From Octopus vulgaris (lineage: Eukaryota): a stretch of DNA of 64,000 bases. A program made the translations under genes and the position numbers. The first letter of the stretch is position 1. Each line of letters starts with the position of its first letter. This document shows, piece after piece, positions 42,621-55,950 of the stretch. Location of the stretch: positions 129,952,001 to 130,016,000 of the forward strand of contig OX597818.1 in the NCBI GenBank assembly GCA_951406725.2, given 5' to 3'. Below the pieces are notes generated by a model that saw only the letters and a list, made by a program, of their open reading frames with translations, made no database searches and was not told the DNA's origin.

Positions 42621-43069
42621 TACCTGAAATGTACAATATCATATATCCGTCACAGCTGATCTTACCGATCAGTAATACTATACATTTCAGATAATATACC
42701 CACTCTAGTGAGAGATATACAAGTGCATCTTTACCCTGACTTATGAACTCTTAGACAACTCATATATATACATATATATATATATTTATATGTATAAATG
42801 TTATATACATCTATACATATAACATATAAGATATATATTCATACGTATATACATATGTACACATGTATATATATAATATACACACACACATATATATATA
42901 TACATATATACATGCACTGCATGTATATATGTATAAATTTAAAATAATAAGGGTGGATTTTCTTGAGAACATTCCTTTCTTAGTGGTAAGACCATAGGGG
43001 GTCTACTTCTAGCATAATGGATATCTACTTAGTGTCATCCCTTTTATATGTATATATCTCTTTCTCTTT

Positions 43070-43424
43070 CTTTCTCTTTTACTTGTTTCAGTCATTTTGA
43101 CTGCGGCCATGCTGGGGCACCGCCTTTAGTACTTATTCTATCGGTCTCTTTTGCCAAACCGCCAAGTAACGGGGACATAAGCACACCAGCATCGGTTGTC
43201 AAGCAATGCTAGGGGGACAAACACAAACACACACACACACACACATACATATATATACATATATACGACAGGCTTCTTTCAGTTTCCGTCTACCAAATCC
43301 ACTCACAAGGCATTGGTCGGCCCGGGGCTATAGCAGAAGACACTTGCCCAAGGTGCCACGCAGTGGGACTGAACCCGGAACCATGTGGTTGGTTAGCAAG
43401 CTACTTACCACACAGCCACTCCTC
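43070..43424 (-). mobile_element. SINE family A, young, small internal deletion
   Basis: Near-identical to the 31180 copy but lacks the GTCGAGCAA..GTAAGCCC segment. Confidence 0.9.
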
Positions 43425-43601
43425 ATATATATATATACAATTTAAAAATAGGATAAAATCTTTATAAGAATTTATCAAGCAGTTAGCGTGAAAAACCTCA
43501 TAAGGGAAAAATCCATCATATTTTCTCTTAAATATGTCTATTTATTAATGCCCTCAATATAAATAATATATATACATACACATGTATATATACATACACA
43601 A

Positions 43602-43650
<49 letters not shown>

Positions 43651-43655
43651 CATAC

Positions 43656-43686
<31 letters not shown>

Positions 43687-43749
43687 TACACATATATACA
43701 TATATATATATACATACATACACATATATGCATATATATATACATACAT

Positions 43750-43780
<31 letters not shown>

Positions 43781-44194
43781 CATACATACATACATATATA
43801 CACACACACATGAATCTGGAGTGAGTAGCATTTAGTGTACTCTTGAGATGTTTACTTGTTAAATATTATTAAGAGAAAAAGAAGATAGAACAAAGTGGAG
43901 ATGCATATAGAGAATTCTAAGTTTAGCAATAGCTGCAAATTTACCTGAGAATCATGAACACACGAAAAATAGCTGGCAGTCTTCATCAATACACCATCTT
44001 GAGATTTTTAGGGAAATATTTGATCAAATTTCGTAGGTGTTGACTGGCTGCCAGTTTCAGCATCGCATGTGTCATAAATAAACAAAATGTAAAACAATGA
44101 AAGGAAGTGAGGGTAATTTTATTGAAATAATTGTTCCCATGGGATACAAATAGATGAACTTGGTAATAGAATCATAGCATCCATGTACATTTTC

Positions 44195-44720
44195 ATCATC
44201 ATCATCATCATTTAACATCCGCTTTCCATGCTGGCATGGGTGGGATTGTTTGACAGGAGCTGGCTGAGCAGAAGCCTGCACCAGACTTCTGTAAATATTT
44301 TGGCAGGATTTTTATAGCTGGATGCCCTTTTCTAGCACCAACCACTCAGCAGAGTGGATTTAGTGCTTTTTACATGACACAAGCATAGGCGAGGTCAGTT
44401 TTGACAAGATTTTTACAGCTGGATGCCCTTCCAAATGTCAACCACTTTACAGTGTGGACTGGATGCTTTTTATGTGGCATCCATACTACCAGGGTCACCA
44501 AGTTACTTGCAAGACCAAGAATCTTTTGCAACGAGAGGGGACATTGGAGGAGGGGATCTCATGTCAGATGATGAAAGGCTATAGTGAGACAGAGAGACAA
44601 AAATGGGTGTCTTGCTATAGAAGAGGTACGAGGTTACCTGGAGAGAGAGAGAGAGAGAATGAATGAATGAAGATGGAAACAGACGTGCTACCACAAAGGA
44701 AATACATGGTTACCCAGCCA
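44195..44720 (-). mobile_element. SINE family C, longer diverged copy with duplicated core
   Basis: (CAT)n start; AGCTGGATGCCCTT occurs twice (~44317 and ~44418). Confidence 0.75.
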
Positions 44721-44899
44721 GAGAGAAGTGCAGGAGAAGGTGAGTGAGAGACAGCAGGATAGAGATGTTTTTACTTTATTGATATCAGTATATTGTTTAG
44801 GTGTGTGTATATGGGTATGATAGATGCCTGCTATTTGACTTATAGTTACGAGTACATTCAAGCCAAGCAAGAGAGCCTCTACATGGTTACTCTACATGG

Positions 44900-45118
44900 T
44901 CAGCATGCCGGACGAAATGCCTAGCGGTATTTCGTCTGCCGTTACGTTCTAAGTTCAAATTCTGCCGAGGTCGACTTTGCCTTTCATCCTTTCATCCTTT
45001 CGGAGTCGATAAATCAAGTACCAGTTATGCACTGGGGTCGATATAATCGACTTAATCCGTTTGTCTGTCCTTGTTTGTCCCCTCTGTGTTTAGCCCCTTG
45101 TGGGTAGTAAAGAAATAG
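44900..45118 (+). mobile_element. SINE family B
   Basis: Matches the 37985 copy. Confidence 0.9.
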
Positions 45119-45477
45119 GTTACTCAATTTGCTAGATGTAGCAGCCAAATCTTTCTTAAATCACACTCTGTTACCTTAAAGAAAAGGGAAGGACATGCTG
45201 GATATTATAATCTGAATTATATTATGTGTGAAAAGAAGGGAAGTTCATGTTTAAAGCTTTCACTCACAAGTCAGCTTAATCTGAGTTAATATAAAAGTCA
45301 ACCAAAAACAACATCAACAACAATAGCAACAATAATCATAAGCACTACAGAGTGGAAGTAAGTTACTGGGGAGTCAAATTCAAAGACCAGTTTTAAATTC
45401 TGGTTGAAATCATTTCACTTCAACAGCATCCAGAATGATGTTTGGAAAGTATAGATCTCCCTAGTTCTATTCCTTTC

Positions 45478-45768
45478 ATGTCCGTTGCCAGCCTCGCCTG
45501 GCGCCCGTGCCGGTGGCACATAAAAAGCACCATCCGTTCTTGGCCGTTTGCCAGCTCTGTCTGGCACCTGTGCGGGTGGCACGTAAAAAGCACCCACTAC
45601 ACTCACGGAGTGGTTGGCGTTAGGAAGGGCATCCAGCTGTAGAAACACTGCCAGATCTGACTAGGCCTGATGAAGCCTTCCGGCTTCACAGACCCCAGTT
45701 GAACCGTCCAACCCATGCTAGCATGGAAAACGGATGCTAAACGATGATGATGATGATGATGATGATGA
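45478..45768 (+). mobile_element. SINE family C with (GAT)n tail
   Basis: Near-identical to the 31843 copy; internal repeats of GGTGGCAC.TAAAAAGCACC. Confidence 0.9.
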
Positions 45769-46122
45769 TCTAAAAATGAAAGGAGTCGCACCAACCTGGA
45801 GAATGTAAAAGGAAGCATTCATCGCAATGCTGAAAATTTAGATTAGAAATATCTTTATATCTTGGCAGTATTGAAAACTAATGTACCAACACCACTACAG
45901 GTGATGTTGGTACGTCACATGTGACTTCATAACTGACATAGTTATTGGCAAATTCTCATCTTCAGTTAAAATTGTGACAAAGAAGTTCTGTCAAAACACG
46001 TGTACAATAATCTGGGATCCCATGGAAACTGTTGTAAACTCCAATTTAAGAAATTCAAGAAAGGCTTAAAATATATCTAGGGTACTATAAATTATATATA
46101 ACTATCTATTTCTTATATATAT

Positions 46123-46354
46123 ATATTTCTTTACTACCCACAAGGGGCTAAACACAGAGGGGACAAACAAGGACAGATAAAGGGATTAAGTCGATTACAT
46201 TGACCCCAGTGCGTAACAGGTACTTAATTTATCGACCTCGAAAGGATGAAAGGTAAAGTCGACCTCGGCGGAATTTGAACTCGAAACGTAACGACAGACG
46301 AAATATGGCTACGAATTTCGCCTGGCGTGCTAACGTTTCTACCAGCTCGCCACC

Positions 46355-46355
<1 letters not shown>
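46123..46355 (-). mobile_element. SINE family B, full length
   Basis: Reverse complement of the family B consensus, flanked by TA tracts. Confidence 0.9.
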
Positions 46356-46395
<40 letters not shown>

Positions 46396-46543
46396 TGACC
46401 ACACATAGAAGGTGCTTCTTTTCCACTCACCAATGTAAATGGAGCTTTGGCCAGGAGGAGTTGATGTAATCAGATGGTATTCGATGACCACTGGGTGTTA
46501 TCAAAAATATATAGTGTACCATAAATTATGTAACCATCTATAA

Positions 46544-46574
<31 letters not shown>

Positions 46575-47162
46575 TATGTACACACATACATACACACACA
46601 TACGTATATTACATTTGTACCACATACATATAAATCCATACACACAAACACAGAGAGAGTCAGTTCTCAGTATGTGTCATTGAGAAGTTCTTGAGAAGTG
46701 TGACTAAATAAAATGTTGTAAAACAAAACCAATGAAAAAAAAGCTGGCTAGTTTTGAATCAGGTAAACTCCAGAGCTTACTACCTGGCTACCTAGTTTTA
46801 ATCTATACATACAATCCTCTCTATTTTTATTCCCTTAAATATGACAACATAACTATCAGTCAATATCCTACCTGAATGATGATCAGAAGGGCAAATTATA
46901 ACTTGAAGAAGAAATACTTAGTACTTTGCTTCTATCGGTAGACAATTTTTACTTACTAAAGATTACTAAATAAACTCTTAAACAACCACATAATTCCTAG
47001 CTGTTTTCCTTCTCCAGGATATTCTGCAAGTCTGCTGATTCATGATTACAATTCTCATGAGTGTAATAGTTTATTTAGTAATACTTTTTTTAAAAATAGA
47101 ATTATAATATTAGATAGAAAGATAATATTTTGTTCTCTCAAGAAAAATCAAATTGATTTTAT

Positions 47163-47560
47163 ACTTTTACTTGTTTCAGTCGTTTGACTGTCGCCATGCT
47201 GGGGCACCGCCTTTAGTCAAGCAAATTGACCCCAGGACTTATTCTTTGTAAGCCTAGTACTTATTCTATTGGTCTCTTTTGCCAATCCGCTAAGTTACGG
47301 GGACATAAACACATCAGCATCAGTTGTCAAGCAATGTTGGAGGACAGACACAGACACACAAACATATACACACACATACATATATATATATATACATATA
47401 TACAACAGGCTTCTTTCAGTTTCCATCTACAAAATCCACTCACAAGGCTTTGGTTGGCCCAAAGCTATAGTAGAAGACATTTGCCCAAGGTGCCACACAG
47501 TGGGACTGAACCCGGAACCATGTGGTTCGTAAGCAAGCTACTTACCACACAGCCACTGCT
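47163..47560 (-). mobile_element. SINE family A
   Basis: Matches family A. Confidence 0.9.
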
Positions 47561-48752
47561 ATAGAAAAGTATTTAGTTGTATCTATAAAATCAATTGCAA
47601 ACTTTGATTATCATTGTCTATTTTATAGTTTAAGTATTGTTAACTTGATGAAATAGATAGAAGACATAACAAAATTCTGTTTTAGATGAGATTTGTGAAA
47701 CAAAAATCTAATGACTAGTATCATAATCTATTGTTTATTTTTCTACTGTATTTTCCAGCATATAAGTCAACATAGTATATAGTGTAAACATTCAAACATC
47801 ATCACTAAATTTCCAAATCCTGCTGCAATTTTTGGTCCTCCAGAATTCAAATTGCTACATCAGGCAAGATACTTTTCCTGGCTGTAGAATTTGAATGTCA
47901 GAAAATATAATACCTGTATTTAACTGAATTGAAAAATGCAACAACTTATAAAAGAAAGGTAAAATAAAAGCAAACAAAAATTGGGTTTAAAATGTGTACA
48001 ATTTGGCAGTTTATATTTTACTCTACTTGGTGTTATTTCACATGTACATTATAACAAAAAGATGATGAATAAGACAACATGAAGCAATGAGTGCTTCTAA
48101 TAGATATATATATATATATATATGTGTGTGTGTATATATAGCAGAAAATCAAAGATGTAATTGCTAGAGAATGAAAGAGATAAGAGATGTACTAGCACCC
48201 AGCTAGTACTCATTTTCAGCTCAGTAGACTTGAGCAACATGAAATGAAGTGTCTTGCTGAAGGACAGACACCACCCTACCTCAGTCCTTATGATATTGAG
48301 ACTAGCACCCAAGCCACTAGGCAACAATAACAACAACAACAATAGTGATTTTTAATGTAAGCACACAAAGGTCACAGATTTGATCAGGAAAGTATAGCTG
48401 TTTCAATTAAATCCAGAATGTTATTTTATTCCAATTAGCCTGGAGTTATGAGAGAAGACACTTGCCCAAGGTGCTGTGAGGTGGGACTGAGCCCAAGGCC
48501 GTATGGCTCAGAAATAATCTTTCAAACTCACAGCCATATCTGTGCCTAATTTCAGCATGCAGTGACTCTAATTGAGACACATTTATTCTTTCCTCCCTCC
48601 ATTTTTTTCTTTCTTCATCTATACTTTTTGTAGAAGAGTGTATGCTCAAAAAATAAAGACTTCTAATTTTTCCTAAAAGTAAACCTAATATACCATGTTT
48701 GTTTCACTTTATATATTGTTATTTTATATATGTTGATATATATATATGTATG

Positions 48753-48806
<54 letters not shown>

Positions 48807-48965
48807 GTAGTAGTAGTAGTAGGGAATATAATTTCAAACTTAGAGGGAAAATTCAATTTAGCAATTCTAAATCTAATTTTCGCAATATATAATATATATG
48901 GATAATGTCTTTCTCTATTGAATTGCTTAATAGAGGTTATTTCTCTTAATAATAAACATATATAT

Positions 48966-49098
<133 letters not shown>

Positions 49099-49441
49099 AT
49101 ATTTATATGCATTTATTTATTGATTAGAGTATTAAGACAATATGTTCATGGATAGTTTGTAAATAATATTTACTCAAGTACATTTTATACATGTATATTT
49201 AAACAGGTTGAGCAAGTAAGGTTCATAGTTTAGCCACAAAGTTTTATCTACAGAACACATTGAACAAAAACTGAACTACTTTTTCCTAACATTAGATTTT
49301 CCAACTCATTAAGAGTGTTTACTTAGTAATCTGTGATAATGACAAATGCAATGATACATAATATACATACATGTATATATATACATACATGTATATATCT
49401 GTATGGTTATGTATATACATATGTGTATATACATAAATGTG

Positions 49442-49483
<42 letters not shown>

Positions 49484-49815
49484 TGTGTGTGCATATGTGC
49501 ACGTACATATATACAAACATGTATATACTGGCACATATATATCTGTGTTTATACACACACTCACATAATGTGTATATCATCTTTTATTCATTCATATAGA
49601 TCCCAGTATTTATTTCATCAGTCTTTTACATTTATCAGACGAGAAGACACAATCTCTAATGTGATGCTGAGTACCTTTTGATGTAAAGCAACACATCTCA
49701 ATGCTTTCTTTTAGAACAGCTCACCTATATATAGTTTGATAATAGAGTTTATTATATTATTTATATCTTAAAAATATTGTTTAAATATTTCTTATTATAT
49801 TTTAGATATTTCAAT

Positions 49816-49884
49816 TACCTGAAGATAGATTGTAACCATAACTCAAATTATTACGAATTGGACAGCCATGAAACGATCGTAGTG
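49816..49884 (+). ncRNA. Minimal type I hammerhead ribozyme-like motif within a PLE-derived repeat
   Basis: TAC-CTGAAGA (49819-49825)-stem II (5' arm decayed, 3' arm GGACAGCCAT)-GAAAC-GATC-GTA-GTG. Both core boxes are intact, loop III is palindromic, and a 3-bp stem I forms. Confidence 0.55.
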
Positions 49885-50019
49885 TTTTACTTATTATCTT
49901 TTATTAAACTTTTAATACTTTTGATATATATTTAAAATAATATAAATTAATTAATTTTATGTATTGGCTTAAGTTTTTCATTGTTTGATTTGCCTAATAG
50001 TGGTTTTATCTCTAATTTA

Positions 50020-50054
<35 letters not shown>

Positions 50055-50059
<5 letters not shown>

Positions 50060-50255
50060 ATCCAAACAAGAAAACACAAAGAGAAAACACAACAACGCGA
50101 GGACATGGAACAAATATAGTATTATTGGACGCTCAGGAAAGAAGGAGGGTTTAACGTTTCGAGCGGAGTTCTTTGTCGGAAACATAGGAGAAGGAAAGAT
50201 CCAGAGAAGGGAAGACAGCGAAAAAAAAAAATCGCCAACGGTACACACGCGGTCA
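50055..50255 (-). mobile_element. Short TA-inserted element with hammerhead-like core
   Basis: Minus strand CCGACAA-AGAAC-TCC-GCTC-GAAAC-GTT (50179-50153); same layout as the elements at 1348, 2068 and 51370. Confidence 0.55.
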
Positions 50256-50597
50256 TACATACACATATACATGCATGTATACATGTACTCATATGCATGT
50301 AGTCCACTCTGTAAATTGGCTGGTATTAGGAAGGGCATCCAACCATAAAAACCCTGCAAAAACAGACAGTGAAGCCTGGTGCAGTCTTTTGCTTAGCCAG
50401 CCCCTGTCAAACCGTCCAACCCATTCCAGCATGGCAAACAGACGTTAAAGGATGATGATGTGTATACTTCCTCATGTGTATCAGTAACTAATATTTTTTG
50501 CTACATAAAATTAACATTCAGTTCCTTTATCCACTCCTTGTTGACTTGCACGCAAACCATTCCGAGATGTAAACACCTGCTATATATTGTGTCACTT

Positions 50598-50832
50598 AAG
50601 GCGACGAGCTGGCAGAAACGTTAGCACACCGGGCGAAATGTGTAGCCGTATTTCGTCTGCCGTTACGTTCTGAATTCAAATTCCGCCGAGGTTGACTGTG
50701 CCTTTCATCCTTTCATGGTCGATAAATACAGTACCAGTTTCGCACTGGGGTCGATGTAATCGACTTACTCTCTTTGTCTGTCCTTGTTTGTCCCCTCTAT
50801 GCTTGTCCCCTCCTTGTGGGCAGTAAAGAAAT
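50598..50832 (+). mobile_element. SINE family B with target-site duplication
   Basis: TATATATTGTGTCACT occurs on both sides (~50581-50596 and ~50834-50849). Confidence 0.92.
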
Positions 50833-51278
50833 ATATATATTGTGTCACTAGACAGGCAACTGCCTTTAGTGCAACAGTGGCTGACAAGTTGAATAGTAAG
50901 TAAAACATACACATGCACTGTAAAGTTATTTATAGTATATATTCTGTATTTCCTTTGAGGTATATTTGATGTCTACCCATCTCTTGTTTTTAAAATTTGG
51001 ATAAGCATAATCATAGCACTGATAACAGGTGAGTCATTAAGTGTGCACATCCAGGACGTATATGAACTAAAATGATAGCGTCTAAAGGTTCATATGCATC
51101 TGTCTTATTTGTACATACATACATACATATATATATGTGTGCATAAGTAAATAACTAATCTATATGTGTGTGTACGCGTATATACATATATGCTTGTGTG
51201 AGAATGTGTGTGTGTATACATATATATATCTATATCTCTATCCATCTTTCTTTCTCTGTCTGTCTGTCTGTCTCTCAG

Positions 51279-51341
<63 letters not shown>

Positions 51342-51369
51342 TATATTTATATATATACATACACATACT

Positions 51370-51560
51370 GAGAGTAAAAAGACAACAAGAAAAAAAATAA
51401 CAGGTGAGGATGTGGTACAGGCAAAATATTAATAAGATACTCAGAGGCTCAGAGAAGGAAAGAAGGGGTGTTTTACATTCTGAGCAAAGCTCTTCTTCAG
51501 CAAAACACTTGTTCCTATCCCTCTTTCACACTTTCATCCCCTACTACAATATTGCAAGAG
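51370..51560 (-). mobile_element. Short element with hammerhead-like core
   Basis: Minus strand CTGAAGA-AGAGC-TTT-GCTC-AGAAT-GTA (51500-51474). Confidence 0.5.
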
Positions 51561-51589
51561 AGATCTTGTCGTGTGTATACTTGGTGGCC

Positions 51590-52143
51590 TCACCAGTGCT
51601 AGTGCCATGATAAAGCACCCAGTATACTCCGTAAAGTGGTTGGTATTGGGGAGAGCATGCAGCTGTAGTAAGCATACCAAAGAAGACATTAGGGTTTGGC
51701 ACAGTCCTTAGACTTGTTGGTTTCTGTCAAACTCTCAAACCCATGCCAACATGGAAAAGGGGATTATGATCATCATCATGATATGTACATACATCATCCT
51801 CATCATCATCATTTAACGTCCGCTTTCCATGCTAGCATGGGTTGGACGATTTGACTGAGGACTGGCAAACCAGATGGCTGTGCCAGGCTCCAATCTGATC
51901 TGGTAGAGTTTCTACAGCTGGATGCTCTTCCTAATGCCAACCACTCCAAGAGTGTAGTGGATGTTTTTACATGCCACTGGCACGAGGGCCAATCTGGTGG
52001 TACTGGCAACGGCCACGCTCGAAATGGTGTTTGTTATGTGCCACCTGCACAGGAGTCAGTCCAGCGGGACTGGCAATGACTTCGCTTGAATGTTTTGTTC
52101 ACGTGCCACCAGCACAAGTGCCAGTAAGGTGACACTGGTAACG
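51590..52143. mobile_element. Two SINE family C copies tail-to-tail
   Basis: Diverged + copy at 51590-51780 and younger - copy at 51795-52143. Confidence 0.8.
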
Positions 52144-53239
52144 GTATGATATTCTCCTGCAGTTTCTGTTGACCAATTTCTTCTTAGAATGTATTGGTTA
52201 ACCCATGGTCCAGGTCCCACAGAGTGAGATTGAATCCCTACATTGTATTATCTCATCTATAAAGTTTTTTGATATTAAATTTATTAAAAACTATTGCTTC
52301 TCACATTCCTTCTTATTCGAAAGCTTTTTGTGACTAGTTCTCCCTTTTTCTTTCTTCCTATTTGCGTACGTATAAGCCTCAAAATATGTGTATGTGTGTG
52401 TATTTAAATATTCTGCATGTAGATTAGTGAAAATATATGAAAATACTTATAAGCATGTGTGTGTGTGTGTGTTTGTAATTGAGACTATGAAGCATGATGT
52501 GTATGTGAGCATATGCAAATTTGTATAGTAACCGACGCATGCCGGCATGGAATATTGGTGCTAAATGATGATGATGATGATATGATGATGTGCATACCTA
52601 TTTCAGTGTGTGTGTGTGTGTCTGAGAGCATGAAGGTGAGCAAAAGTGTTTTCGTGTTTGTGCATATGTTTGTGTGCATCAATGTTTGCATGTGTGTTTG
52701 TGTGTGTCTGTGTGTCCATGAAATACATTTGTATAGTTATCTCTATATAAGTTTACATCTTACATGATGATGATGATGATGAACAAAGATGGTTGTGTGT
52801 GTGCGCGTGTGCGAGTGTGAGTGCGTGCGTGTGCGAGTGTGTGTGTGTGTGTGTCTGTACATGTGCATGTGTGTACACACTCACATGTATATGCAGATGA
52901 GATGGTGCAACAAAATCTGTGTGTGTGTGTGTGTGTCTGTGTGCATGTACTAATCAATGCACATGCATGTACCACAGACACACAAACACGTGTTCAAAAC
53001 ACGGTAGTTCACGTTGCCACTGCTTCTGCATCTGTGACATCATGTTACACAGTGAGAAGACGTTACATGGCACCGTCAGAATGTTTGTTTGTTTGTTAGT
53101 CTCTTAGTTAATCATCCCACTCTCATCATCCATCCGCATCTCTGATACTATAGAAGTCTGCCGATAGTTTGTATTGTAACATCAGTCTGGATGAGGTTGA
53201 TCACTACTTTTTCTCTCATCACTTTATCAATCCCACCAT

Positions 53240-53548
53240 TCACCATCCACCACCACCACCACCACCAAAAACCACCACCACCAAAAACCACCACCACCAA
53301 AAACCACCACCAAAAACCACCACCACCAAAAACCACCACCACTACCACCACCACCACCACCAAAAACCACCACCACCACCACCACCACCACCACCACCAC
53401 CACCACCACCACCACCACCACCACCACCACCACCACCACCACCAACCACCACCACCACCACCACCACTACCACCACCACCACCACCACCACCACCACCAC
53501 CACCACCACAATCAGCATTGTCATCATCATCATCATCATCATCATTAT
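53240..53548. repeat. (CCA)n trinucleotide microsatellite with CCAAAAA interruptions, then (CAT)n
   Basis: Directly visible. Confidence 0.97.
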
Positions 53549-53955
53549 TGTCGTTATGGACAAAATGCCATGAGTTGGAATGTTTTTCTTTTATTATTAT
53601 TTAGTTACTTCCCTTTACATTCTGATTTCAATTTCCGTTGAGGTCGACTTTTCCATGTTTCCTTCTCGGGTTCAGTAAAATAAAGAAGCAGCCAAAACTA
53701 ATTGACTGAACCCCTCACCCTTCAGATATTAAAGTCATTTAAAGAACGTAGGTGGATTGAACCACTAGAGTGTTGAGAAAAGTGCCTGGTATCATTTCTT
53801 CTGGGTTCTATAACGTTCTGGGTTCAAATCCCACCAGGATCAGTTGTACTTTTCTATTTTTATTCCTCCAATGGTGACAAAATAAAGTATACATACATAT
53901 ATACATACATGGATGCATGCATACATACATACATACATACATATAAATATATATA

Positions 53956-54187
53956 TATTTCTTTACTACCCACAAGGGGCTAAACACAGAGGAGACAAAC
54001 AGGGGACAGACAAAGGGATTAAGTCAATTACCTCGACCCCAGTGCGTAACTGGTACTTAATTTATCGACCCCGAAAGGATGAAAGGCAAAGTCGACCTCG
54101 GCGGAATTTGAACTCAGAACGTAACAGCAGATGAAATACGGCTACGCATTTCGCCCGGCGTGCTAACGTTTCTGCCAGCTCGCCGCC
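53956..54187 (-). mobile_element. SINE family B, full length
   Basis: Matches the 46123 copy. Confidence 0.92.
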
Positions 54188-54464
54188 TATATATATAAAT
54201 ATATATATACAAATAAATACACATATATTTACTAATATATATATATCTATATAAGTAATACTTGTAGCCGCTTCAACATGGCTGTCCATTTGAATGGACT
54301 CTACTGCAACGTTTTTAACCCCGAGAGGACATCTCCTCAAGCTGATAAACTAGCATTTTTGTTTATATCAATATAAAAAAACATAAATAAATATATATAT
54401 CTATATATGTACACACACACACACACACACATCCAGGCAGTTGGCTCATATATATATATATTCT

Positions 54465-54715
54465 TTTATACTCTTACTCTTTTATTTGTTTCAGTCATTT
54501 GACTGCGGCCATGCTGGAGTGCCACCTTGAAGGGGTTTCTAGTAAAAAAAAATCAACCTCGGGACTTATTCTTTGTAAACCTAGCACTTATTCTATTGGT
54601 CTATTTTGCTGAACCGCTAAGTTAAGGGGACATAAACATACCATCATTAGTTGTCAAGCAATGACAGTTGTGACAGACACAGATACACATAAATACACAC
54701 AAACACACACACACA

Positions 54716-54759
<44 letters not shown>

Positions 54760-55400
54760 ATATATACGGTGGGCTCCTTTCAGTTTCCACAAAGTGGGAC
54801 AGAACCTGGAATTATGTGGTTGGGAAGCAAGTTTCTTACCATACAGCCATGCTTATATATATATATATATATATATATATGGTATTTTTATATAAGCTTA
54901 AAGCTTATATAAAAATATCCATTATTATTATTTACAGGATTGTAAACTCACCATTGTATAAAAAATACCATTTGCACCGACAGTATATCTCTTTTTTTTT
55001 TTTTTTACCTGTTTCAGTCATTTTGACTGCGGCCATGCTGGAGCACTGCCTTTAATCGAGCAACTCGACCCTGGGACTTATTCTTTGTAAGCCCAGTACT
55101 TATTCTATCTGTCTCTTTTGCCGAACCGCTAAGTGACGGGGACGTAAACACACCAGCATCGGTTGTCAAGCAATACTAGGGGGACAAACACAGACACATA
55201 ACCATACACGCGCACACATATATGTATACATATATACGATGGGCTTCTTTTAGTTTCCATCTATCAAATCCACTCACAAGGTTTTGGCTGGCCCGAGGCT
55301 ATAGTAGAAGACACTTGCCCAAGGTGCAACGCAGTGGGACTGAACCCAGAACCATGTGGTTGGTAAACAAGCTACTTACCACATAGCCACTCCTGCACCT
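54465..55400 (-). mobile_element. Two SINE family A copies (54465-54850, 55000-55400)
   Basis: Both match family A. Confidence 0.88.
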
Positions 55401-55901
55401 ATATATATATTCAAATAAATAAGGAGATGGATATATCTTAAGGTTTTGTTATTTCAGTTATTTATAGAGTATATTTTCCTTTTTTAAAGGTTGAAACAGA
55501 ATATAATATATGAATGATTGTAATAACAAGGACTGTGTAGATGTATACTTCTTATTTATTTGAATTGTCTTAGATATACAATTAGGAAACTGTTTAAAAT
55601 CCAGTGAAGCAATCCTGGGATTTACTCAATGAGTGAAATACATTGGGGTTGTTTGTTTATCTTAAATAGTCCCGGGTTATTCCATATCATTCGATGCTGT
55701 TAGCCAGAATTTGACTTATAATAAAGTGCTTGAGTGGTAGCTGTATAGATATGATTGTGTGGTAAGTAGCTTGCTTCCCAAAAACATGGTTCTAGGTTCA
55801 GTCCCACTGCATGGCAACTTGAGCAAGTGTTTTCTCCAATAGCCTCAGGCCAACCGAAGCTTTGTGAGTGAATTTGGTAGATGGAAATTGAAAGGAGTCT
55901 G

Positions 55902-55950
<49 letters not shown>

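Noticed and set aside
53169-53604. Poly-Pro/His/Thr extensin-like ORFs
   Set aside because: Open in nearly all frames because of the (CCA)n microsatellite; no splice or codon evidence.
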